Origin: Coriobacteriales bacterium | Lineage (GTDB): Bacteria > Actinomycetota > Coriobacteriia > Coriobacteriales > QAMH01 | DNA length: 64,000 nucleotides | Direction of reading: 5' to 3' | NCBI GenBank assembly: GCA_050943615.1 | Contig: JBMNPN010000003.1 | Coordinates: 1,058 to 65,057, forward strand | Part shown: positions 57,036 to 64,000 of the stretch, piece after piece | How the letters are laid out: the number at the start of each line of letters is the position of its first letter | How positions within the stretch are numbered: the stretch's first letter is position 1 | The notes under the pieces: model-generated | Database searches by the model: none | What the model saw: the letters and a program-made list of their open reading frames with translations, nothing else | Told to the model about the DNA's origin: nothing | Program-made: the position numbers and the translations under genes

Positions 57036-58382
57036 CTATTGCGCCGCGGATTGCTGTTGCTGCAGGCGCTTTCTTGCCACGCCTCGACGCGGCATCGTGA
57101 AGGCAATTATCGCAGCAATTGCCATGGTGATGCCGACAATCAGGAAGGAGTTGCCAACAATGCCCGTAGCATCGATTACCACGCCTGCAAGCCACGGACC
57201 TAGATAGCGACCGACGATATTGATCGTGCCAACAACGCCGGTGCCCGTCGCCCGAATATCGTCATCATAGTATTCGCCTGCGCAGGTCATGATGACCGTG
57301 ATGACACCCGTACACGCGGTATTGGCAGCAACGAAGAAGTACAGGATGCCGAGATTCATCTCCACGCCCGAGGTTAGATAGAAGTAGTAGCCGAATCCGA
57401 AAATCGCGTTGAGAGCTACCATGAAGGCAATCAGGCTCTTGCGCTCCACGCGGTCGGAGATCTGTCCCAAGATGAGCTCGGTAATGATGCAGCACACGCC
57501 GGCAATCGAGATGGAAAGCGAGGCCTGAGCTAGATCGAACCCGACTGCCTGCACGCTGGCGACATAATACTGGGTCGCAGCCATGTAGCCGATTTGATAG
57601 ATGATGTAGAAAATGCCGAAATGCCAGGTAATGGGCATCTTGAGCACGCGCTTGATTGCGCTCTGGCCGTTGCCCTTTGCAGGCTCGTCACCCTTCTCGG
57701 CAGCAATCGTCGGCTCAGGAGCGGCTTGCACTCCATCGGGAGCACCGTACGGCGCAAGACCAAGTTCCTCGGGTCCCTCTCGGAAAGTCAGCATAATGAG
57801 AAGCGCGATAAGCGCGTAGATGACACCGAAAACGATGTAGGACATGGCCCAGCCAAAACTCGCGATAATCATCGGCGCGACAATGCCGAGTACTAGCGCT
57901 GAAAAGTTAGCGCCAGGGGTGATGAGCGACATGCCGAAGCCACGCTTGTGCGGGGCAAACCAGCGGGAAACGATCTTCGGCAGAATCGCCATGAGCAGGC
58001 CAGCAGTGCCACAACCGCAGATTGCCCAGGTGACGACCGCCGGACCAAGACCGAGCGGTGCGAACAGACCGAAAAGAATAGCGCCTACTGCAGCAAGACC
58101 GCAGGCAGAGGTGATAGCCTTGCGAGTGCCAATCTTATCGGCGAGCATACCCCAGGCAAAGGAAAGGCCCGAGTAGAAAATCATGTAAACCGAAGTGATG
58201 AGCCCAACTTCAGCATAGCTCACTCCGAGGGACTGGCGGATGGATTCGAGCGAAATCGCTGGTAGGCGCTGAGCGCTCAATACGATGAACTGGGTCAGAA
58301 AACCACCAAGGCAGATGATAAAAGCATAGTGAAAACCATGCTTTTTCTTTTGCGGAGATACGTCTTCTACCGTTTGCAACAT
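57036..58382 (-). CDS. MFS transporter
   Basis: 448 aa, 12 TM. AAGGAGG lies 7 nt upstream of the ATG. MFS-type loop motif GMLADKIGTRK. Confidence 0.85.
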   Translation of the reverse strand: MLQTVEDVSPQKKKHGFHYAFIICLGGFLTQFIVLSAQRLPAISLESIRQSLGVSYAEVGLITSVYMIFYSGLSFAWGMLADKIGTRKAITSACGLAAVGAILFGLFAPLGLGPAVVTWAICGCGTAGLLMAILPKIVSRWFAPHKRGFGMSLITPGANFSALVLGIVAPMIIASFGWAMSYIVFGVIYALIALLIMLTFREGPEELGLAPYGAPDGVQAAPEPTIAAEKGDEPAKGNGQSAIKRVLKMPITWHFGIFYIIYQIGYMAATQYYVASVQAVGFDLAQASLSISIAGVCCIITELILGQISDRVERKSLIAFMVALNAIFGFGYYFYLTSGVEMNLGILYFFVAANTACTGVITVIMTCAGEYYDDDIRATGTGVVGTINIVGRYLGPWLAGVVIDATGIVGNSFLIVGITMAIAAIIAFTMPRRGVARKRLQQQQSAAQ

Positions 58383-58489
58383 GGGTGTTCCTCCTTATTT
58401 CTAATGATTTTTCGAACTTGAGAAATTGCTAGCTATCCTCGTGCCCAATAGACACGAGGCCCAAGCCAGCAGAGATTCCGACGGTGCTC

Positions 58490-58942
58490 TCAGACCATGC
58501 GCTTGACCAAGCGCAGCAACCTCTCTCGCCGTTGCTCGTTGCGTTCGAGCTCGTTGTGCTTCTTCTTGGCAAGTGCATCGGCATTGAATTGAGCTCGTGC
58601 CCGTGCCGCTTCTTCGCTCTGCTCGAGCTCTGCGGCAGCGCGCAAGCGTCCCTCATCACTGATGAGCTTTTCTGCACGATGTTTGTGCTCTATCGGAACA
58701 TAGATATCTACGCCATAGTTCTTGTCCTTGCTTTGCGGGAGTGCAAGGCAGGCAACCGGATGATTCATCTTTAGCGTTCCAAGGTCCTTGCCGAAAAGAG
58801 GAATGCCCGCTTCCCTGAACAGGTAGGCCATGCCGTCGTACTGCCATTTCATCTTGAAATTTGTCAGGTATGTCCATGTCATTTGCTCGAACTGTTCAAG
58901 ATCAACGACGGTTGTCCAGCCTTTCTTTTGCTGGGGAAGCAT
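58490..58942 (-). CDS. Hypothetical protein (small alpha/beta N-domain plus charged coiled-coil tail)
   Basis: 150 aa, SD-like GAGAGGAAA upstream. Follows the Fe-S subunit gene after a 29-nt gap. No recognised motif. Confidence 0.5.
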   Translation of the reverse strand: MLPQQKKGWTTVVDLEQFEQMTWTYLTNFKMKWQYDGMAYLFREAGIPLFGKDLGTLKMNHPVACLALPQSKDKNYGVDIYVPIEHKHRAEKLISDEGRLRAAAELEQSEEAARARAQFNADALAKKKHNELERNEQRRERLLRLVKRMV

Positions 58943-58971
58943 GGCATTTCCTCTCTTCGCATTTGAAGGTA

Positions 58972-59304
58972 TTACGGCATAAAGCAGGTGACCTTCGAAG
59001 CGCCCAGCTCGACCATCCGCTTTCCGAGCTCGTCGACGGGGAGAATCTCAATCACCTTTGCCAGGCAGTGCATTTCACATGGAGCGACCTTGCCGGCCTC
59101 GCGTCTACCTGCACATAAATCGCAAAGCCGGGAGGGAACAGGGACGTAGTCCCACTCCCACTGCCCTCCAAGCTTTTTGGGACCGATCTGCTGAACCTGG
59201 ATTCCCCATTCATCAGCAGGTAGTCCCTTTTCCTTGAGACAGGAGACCTCACAAGTTTCGCAGCCTGTGCACAGGCCATAGTTGATGAGCATTCCGTATT
59301 CCAT
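58972..59304 (-). CDS. 2[4Fe-4S] electron-transfer small subunit
   Basis: Start ATG 59304 (MEYGMLINYG), with AGGAGG 6 nt upstream and 10 nt after the large-subunit stop. CTGCETCEVSC plus CDLCAGRREAGKVAPCEMHC. Confidence 0.8.
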   Translation of the reverse strand: MEYGMLINYGLCTGCETCEVSCLKEKGLPADEWGIQVQQIGPKKLGGQWEWDYVPVPSRLCDLCAGRREAGKVAPCEMHCLAKVIEILPVDELGKRMVELGASKVTCFMP

Positions 59305-59314
59305 GACTTCCCTC

Positions 59315-61603
59315 CTAACCAAGGCTCTCGACTTTGCGGATCTTGCAGATGCCGTTCTTGTACGGCGCGCCATATCCCGTGACCGAAACACTCTCGTGCG
59401 GAATCAGGTTGTTCGCATTTGCCTTCCAGACTCCGTAGAGGTTGGGTGCCTCACCGTCCTGCTCGGGGAACCACCAGGCATGCTCGACATGGATGAACTT
59501 GTCGTTAACCTCTTCGGTGAGATGCGCTTTCTGCGTCATCTTTCCAAGCGGGCTTTCCACCTCGACCCAATCGCCTTCTTCGATGCCATACTTCTCGGCA
59601 GTAACAGGATTAATCGTCACGAGTGGCCAGGGGTGCAGGCGTCGCATCGTCGTGCCCTTCTGACGGTGCTCGGAATGGAACATGGAGATATGACGTCCGC
59701 CAGTGGTGTAGTACAGCGGATACTCCTCCGCCAGATCAGGTCGCGAGATATGGCTGTACTCAGGCTCTTCGTAATAAGGAACCGGCTCCTCGCCAAAGCC
59801 CGCCAGAACTGGGGACCACAGCTCGATCTGACCGGACGTAGTGTCGAACCCAGGCTTTCCATCTGGACGGAGCAGCCCCTTCTCGTATTTTCGATACTCA
59901 TAGCCCGACATCTTTGCCGGAACCGCCTTGACATCGTCGAGACCATAGCCATACGTGTCCTTGAGCATCTTGTCGAAGAACTTGTCGGGCGTATCCATGT
60001 CCTTCCAGAGTTCGGGACGCATGCGCTTGCCCATATCGATGAGGATCTCAAGGTCGGACTTGGTGTTGGGATTGTGCACTGCCTTGTTCATGGCACCGAT
60101 GAAGTGCTGGTTGCGACCATAGTTGGGCGTCACGAGTCCCTCATGTTCAGCAAAAGTCGAAAGCGGCAAAACCAAGTCGGCCAACCCCATGATCGTCGGC
60201 GTCATGAAGATGTCCTGGACGACGGTGAACTCGAGGTCTTTCATGGCCTCGTACCATCGTTTGGGCTGGTCGGCCATGCATGCGAGCGGATTGCTTCCGA
60301 TAATCCAGCACATGCGGAGCTTGTAATATTCGGGACGGTCTGCCCATTTCCCCTCGAGCCAGTTCAGAAGCGTGTCACCCTGGACGCCGCCCATTGCTGC
60401 GCCGGCATTGAACAGAGCATACTTGCCATCGAGATCTACGATGTGCTTTGCTGCCATCTCTGGGGAAATGGTGTCGGACATGTCATAGCGCCACTGGCCG
60501 ATGAAGCTCGTCGGTTTGGTGATGGTCACACCGCCCGGCACGTCGATGTATCCGCAAATAGCGACAAGTGCGAGGAAGCATTGAGCTGCCTGAGTCGAGG
60601 CTTTGGACTGGTCAAGTGCTACGCCCCATGTAGCAGTAGAGGGAGCATTCGTCGCAAACGCACGTGCGGCACCAACCAGCTGCTCGGGATCGACCCAAGA
60701 CACCTCCTGGACCTTCTCCGGAGTCCACTCTTCAACAGCTTCGGCAAGTTGATCGAATCCGTAGCACCACTTGTCGACAAACTCGTGATTGTAGAGGTCT
60801 TCTTTGATAACGACGCGCAGAAGCCCCATGCCCACCGCCGCATCGGTGCCAGGCCTGAGTTGCAGATGATACTCTGCATGTGCGCCAAGCCAGGTCAAAC
60901 GCGGGTCAATGGTGATGATCTTTGAGCCGCGCTTCATAAGATCGATAATGCTATGGCCAAAAAACCCGTCTGGACTTGAATAAAGCGGATCCTTGCCCCA
61001 TACGATAATGTACTTGGGCGCCTCCCAACCAGGATGGTCGTAGCGGTCTTCCCAATACTGCGCCCAGTCGATCTCGGGAACCCCAGCACCGAGCAGGTAG
61101 TTGGTAATCGTAGCGCGCGGACCATAGCACGCCTCGCCGGAAAATGCATAGGTGGATGCACCGTTACACGTGTTGCAGACGGCAGGACCATACACGGGGG
61201 CATACAACGTCGACTCACGCCCTGTACCAGTCAGGGTAAAGATAGTCTCCGCACCCCACTTGTCCCAGATTTCGCGAATCTTTTGCTCGAGAAGGTCGTA
61301 TGCCTCGTCCCAACTGATCTTTACCCACGCATCTTGCCCGCGTTTATCGCGGTCACGCTTCATCGGACTTGTCAAACGCTCGGGACTGTACATGATCTCA
61401 TCAAGCGCCAGACAGCGGGGGCACACGCGACCGTTGGTCACGGGATTATCGGGATCCCCTTCTACCTTGATGAGCTTGTTGTCCTTGACGTACAGAATGA
61501 GACCACATCCAACGGGGTGGTCCCCCGGCGGCGACCAGGCGCAAGTGCGCACTTTCATCACGCCATCCTCTTCGGTGACGTAGGGCTTTATTGCCTCAGC
61601 CAT
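59315..61603 (-). CDS. Cytoplasmic molybdopterin (bis-MGD) oxidoreductase, DMSO-reductase superfamily, substrate unknown
   Basis: 762 aa. AGGAGGAGG lies upstream. No twin-arginine signal (N-terminus MAEAIKPYVTEEDG). MopB-like body (ITIDPRLTWLGAHAEYHLQLRPGTDAA, IGSNPL). C-terminal beta-barrel (ITINPVTAEKYGIEEGDWVEVES). Confidence 0.88.
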   Translation of the reverse strand: MAEAIKPYVTEEDGVMKVRTCAWSPPGDHPVGCGLILYVKDNKLIKVEGDPDNPVTNGRVCPRCLALDEIMYSPERLTSPMKRDRDKRGQDAWVKISWDEAYDLLEQKIREIWDKWGAETIFTLTGTGRESTLYAPVYGPAVCNTCNGASTYAFSGEACYGPRATITNYLLGAGVPEIDWAQYWEDRYDHPGWEAPKYIIVWGKDPLYSSPDGFFGHSIIDLMKRGSKIITIDPRLTWLGAHAEYHLQLRPGTDAAVGMGLLRVVIKEDLYNHEFVDKWCYGFDQLAEAVEEWTPEKVQEVSWVDPEQLVGAARAFATNAPSTATWGVALDQSKASTQAAQCFLALVAICGYIDVPGGVTITKPTSFIGQWRYDMSDTISPEMAAKHIVDLDGKYALFNAGAAMGGVQGDTLLNWLEGKWADRPEYYKLRMCWIIGSNPLACMADQPKRWYEAMKDLEFTVVQDIFMTPTIMGLADLVLPLSTFAEHEGLVTPNYGRNQHFIGAMNKAVHNPNTKSDLEILIDMGKRMRPELWKDMDTPDKFFDKMLKDTYGYGLDDVKAVPAKMSGYEYRKYEKGLLRPDGKPGFDTTSGQIELWSPVLAGFGEEPVPYYEEPEYSHISRPDLAEEYPLYYTTGGRHISMFHSEHRQKGTTMRRLHPWPLVTINPVTAEKYGIEEGDWVEVESPLGKMTQKAHLTEEVNDKFIHVEHAWWFPEQDGEAPNLYGVWKANANNLIPHESVSVTGYGAPYKNGICKIRKVESLG

Positions 61604-61784
61604 CTTGATGTCCTCCTCCTTCTCTTTCGCTGCACGAACCTTGCATGCCGCTTACATGCAGGCAGTCAGCGGACATGCGATTAACGTGAAAATATCGAGA
61701 GAAGGAGATACGACAAAGCCACCCCAGGGGTTGTTTTTCACAAACCGAGGGTGCTGATTCGGGTTGTCTTTTCGCGTCAGAGGC

Positions 61785-61799
61785 AACCCTCAGAGGGTT
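61785..61799. promoter_or_regulatory. Perfect palindrome AACCCTC-A-GAGGGTT between the LuxR gene and the molybdoenzyme operon
   Basis: 7-1-7 inverted repeat. More GGGTT/AACC half-sites occur at 61730-61770. Candidate regulator-binding site. Confidence 0.3.
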
Positions 61800-61823
61800 A
61801 TATACAAGTCTGACCTGCGCTTA

Positions 61824-63314
61824 TCAAGAGATGCCCCTGAGAGCGTCATCGATAAGGTCAAGAAGCTCCTCGCGTGAATGAACCTGAAGTTTGGCATAGA
61901 TTCTTCGCACGTGCCCCTTGGACGTGTTATAGGAGATGCCAAGTTCCTCAGCGATAAAAGACGTGCTTCTGCCACGTCCCAGATATGCGAGAACTTCGCG
62001 CTCGCGCGCAGTGAGCCCCGCGCGGCCGGCAAGATTGTCATATGCGAGCTTGCGCCGCTCTTCAACGTTTGTTTCTGGTCTGGATTCGGCTTGAAGCGTC
62101 TCTTCGCGGAACGTCTTTTCGAGGGCAGATTCAATAGTACGTTCATCGAGGACAAGGAACGACATCATAAGCACGAGAACTACCAGAACAATGCTGATCG
62201 TGCTCATAAACGAGAACAGCCCTGGAACGAGCGACGATGCGCAGACGACAATGAGCTGTCCAGCAGTGGTGCCAAGGGCAGATGCACCGCGACCAAAACC
62301 GAAAACACATACAGGACTCATCGTCGTCTGGCCGGCGATATTGGCAAACAGGCACCAGAGCGTGAGCACGAAAATATTGTAAGCACAGTTCACGATGATA
62401 GCCTGCAGGGAGAGAAACTCGGGACCGAGCAAAGGTGCGAGCAGCAGGCCAAGAGCAGCAACGATAATCACGGGATAATAGATTTTACTCAGGTCAAAGC
62501 GCTTCACGCTGTTTACTAGGGCAAAGACGACCACGAGAGCCGCTGAAACAATCAGGGTCACAAACACGCTCATCGCCGCCTGAGCACGCACGACTTCAAT
62601 CTCGCCTTGCAACGTGAACGTCCCCTTTGTAATCCCAACAGCAAGTGAGAAAACGGCGACAAAAAGCACACACCGCAGAAAGAACCCACGAGGAAGAAGC
62701 TTGATGGGGATCGCGTCGGTCTTGTCTATTTCACGGCTATCGACAGGACGCAGGAGCGCAAGCAACATAGCGCAGATGAGAAACAAGGAAATTACAAGAA
62801 CCGAAAGCCACCGATCGAGGCCAACGCAGACAAAGTAAAGCAGATTGGCGAGCATGCCCGAAGCAAAGGTTGTGAAGAAGACGCTCATGGAGTCAAGTGA
62901 GCTATACATATAGCCTATGCGCAGGCAGAGAAACGAAGTACCGACGCCGGTACCAATACCGAGCAGGGCAAAGGTCAAGCCATTTATCGGAAGCCCAGAA
63001 CCACCCATGAGAAAGAAAGTGCACGCAGCAGCAAGCACTGACATGGCAGGCACAAGCGGGCCGCGGCTAATGGTAGGTTCGACGCGCCGCGAAAAAGCAC
63101 CGCAGAGAATGAGGACAATGGTAAGCGGAACACCCGAATACAGATAGAGCAGGTTATTGGCATTTCCCTGCAGCAGTTCCTGCGAAGACGGAACAACTGC
63201 ACTTCCGCCCATCATGAAGAGAATCCAAGCGCTGTAGAAGCCGAGGCTGCAATATTTGAGCCCCGGCCATTGGCTATCGATTCGCTCAAGACTCCTCTTC
63301 CACAGCTCAGCCAC
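61824..63314 (-). CDS. Membrane-embedded LuxR-family transcription regulator
   Basis: GTG start 63314. About 400 aa polytopic domain. C-terminal HTH LTAREREVLAYLGRGRSTSFIAEELGISYNTSKGHVRRIYAKLQV. Confidence 0.8.
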   Translation of the reverse strand: MAELWKRSLERIDSQWPGLKYCSLGFYSAWILFMMGGSAVVPSSQELLQGNANNLLYLYSGVPLTIVLILCGAFSRRVEPTISRGPLVPAMSVLAAACTFFLMGGSGLPINGLTFALLGIGTGVGTSFLCLRIGYMYSSLDSMSVFFTTFASGMLANLLYFVCVGLDRWLSVLVISLFLICAMLLALLRPVDSREIDKTDAIPIKLLPRGFFLRCVLFVAVFSLAVGITKGTFTLQGEIEVVRAQAAMSVFVTLIVSAALVVVFALVNSVKRFDLSKIYYPVIIVAALGLLLAPLLGPEFLSLQAIIVNCAYNIFVLTLWCLFANIAGQTTMSPVCVFGFGRGASALGTTAGQLIVVCASSLVPGLFSFMSTISIVLVVLVLMMSFLVLDERTIESALEKTFREETLQAESRPETNVEERRKLAYDNLAGRAGLTAREREVLAYLGRGRSTSFIAEELGISYNTSKGHVRRIYAKLQVHSREELLDLIDDALRGIS

Positions 63315-63425
63315 GTTGTCTCATACCTCTTCTCTTGTAAGGAATTGCAGCGTCTCGCCTTTCGAAAGTGCAGGTCATTTATATCAATTCGATTGTAGTG
63401 GGTATTCAACCGTTGAAATAGTACA

Positions 63426-63629
63426 GCATCCGTTTGTGCCCCGAGGGGCGGCGGGGATGCGGATGGGCGATTTCGCGGAGCTGCTCGGAAGGGCCCCGCC
63501 CGCGTCCTTGCGAGGACTGTTTGAGCGCACGAAGTGCGCGAGTTCCGCAGCGGCGGGCGGGACCCTCCCGAGCGGGAGCGGAGCGCTGAGCACATCCGCA
63601 TCCCCGCCGCCCCTCGGGGGCTTGCGAGC
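63426..63629. repeat. Family C hairpin element, copy B (core inverted relative to copy A)
   Basis: Terminal inverted repeats at 63438-63465 and 63593-63621. The 127-bp core (63466-63592) equals the reverse complement of the copy A core with 4 mismatches. The outer flanks have the same orientation as in copy A. Confidence 0.8.
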
Positions 63630-63679
63630 CCCTACACGCTCATCGCGCGCTGCATCTGCCCAGAGTTGCTAAAAATCTA

Positions 63680-63709
63680 TCATATGATTGTTATTATACA
63701 GTCATATGA
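63680..63709. promoter_or_regulatory. Paired TCATATGA palindromes upstream of the XRE gene
   Basis: TCATATGA at 63680-63687 and 63702-63709, 22 bp centre to centre, flanking TTATTATACA in a very AT-rich stretch. Confidence 0.35.
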
Positions 63710-63761
63710 GTGTTATTTTTATTCATGCGATTGCAGTTCTCCAATCAATTACGAGGTCTTC

Positions 63762-64000
63762 ATGACGGTAGAAATCACAGCAGACGAGATCAAGGAAACG
63801 CGCGAGCGATACGGCCTGACGCAACGGTCGTTTGCAACGCTTCTCGGCATTGGCGAGGCGAGCATGGTGCGCTACGAAAAGGGGGGCACGCCTAGCAAGG
63901 CTAATGCGAACCTACTCCTTGCCGCAAGAGACCCCCGGTTCATGAAAGGCTGCCTCGAGCGAGAGGGACAGGCTATTCCCGAAGCGCAACGCGCGAAAGC
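63762..64000 (+). CDS. XRE-family HTH protein, N-terminal part (runs off the right edge)
   Basis: Own translation: MTVEITADEIKETRERYGLTQRSFATLLGIGEASMVRYEKGGTPSKANANLLLAARDPRFMK... GAGG lies 7 nt upstream. HTH of the MqsA/antitoxin-associated type. Confidence 0.7.
   Translation, partial: MTVEITADEIKETRERYGLTQRSFATLLGIGEASMVRYEKGGTPSKANANLLLAARDPRFMKGCLEREGQAIPEAQRAK

Noticed and set aside
59282-60925. 547-aa plus-strand ORF (and similarly 33866..35680, 45348..46499, 47614..48528, 48623..49648)
   Set aside because: They are antisense to the molybdoenzyme, the ECF genes, sdhA, the hydro-lyase and the DASS transporter respectively. They are shadow ORFs.
61510-61603. Twin-arginine (Tat) signal on the molybdoenzyme, or on the Fe-S subunit's extended ORF (59305-59391)
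   Set aside because: The large subunit starts MAEAIKPYVTEEDG, with no RR motif or hydrophobic h-region. The Arg-rich extension of the small-subunit ORF overlaps the large-subunit coding end and lacks an SD, whereas ATG 59304 has AGGAGG.
63710-63895. 61-aa plus-strand ORF in the track
   Set aside because: It is a different frame of the same region. The frame starting at 63762 encodes a clean XRE helix-turn-helix with an SD, so that frame was preferred.

Overview
High-GC, gene-dense window, almost entirely chromosomal core. I infer a Coriobacteriia/Eggerthellaceae-type actinobacterium (Gordonibacter/Eggerthella-like) from three things: the dnaK-grpE-dnaJ-hspR + clpB layout, the membrane-embedded LuxR regulators, and a cytoplasmic bis-MGD oxidoreductase cassette. 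About 85% of genes are on the minus strand.

Main blocks, left to right:
- An ion-transport operon: P-type ATPase, then two TrkH modules each tied to a TM-ectodomain-TM protein, ending in rsgA.
- The heat-shock regulon.
- pth-prs-glmU-tRNA-Gln, then ispE, veg and pgi.
- Aspartate kinase.
- A Trp T-box controlling a TrpP-type ECF transporter, followed by a PaaK-like ligase.
- A low-GC wall-glycopolymer block (LCP, TagG, TagH) between tRNA-Phe and tRNA-Val.
- A C4-dicarboxylate/fumarate-respiration operon ending in a LarA homolog.
- A CPA2 antiporter, then asd-rhaD.
- A lower-GC cassette: LuxR, cytoplasmic molybdopterin oxidoreductase, 2[4Fe-4S] subunit, MFS transporter.

The most unusual signals are non-coding. 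Three structured intergenic repeat families each occur exactly twice. One is a ~185-bp hairpin element whose two copies bracket the molybdoenzyme cassette; their flanks match, but their 127-bp cores are reverse complements of each other. No CRISPR array, rRNA, transposase or recognisable defence system was seen. All family assignments come from reading motifs by eye; no database search was run.
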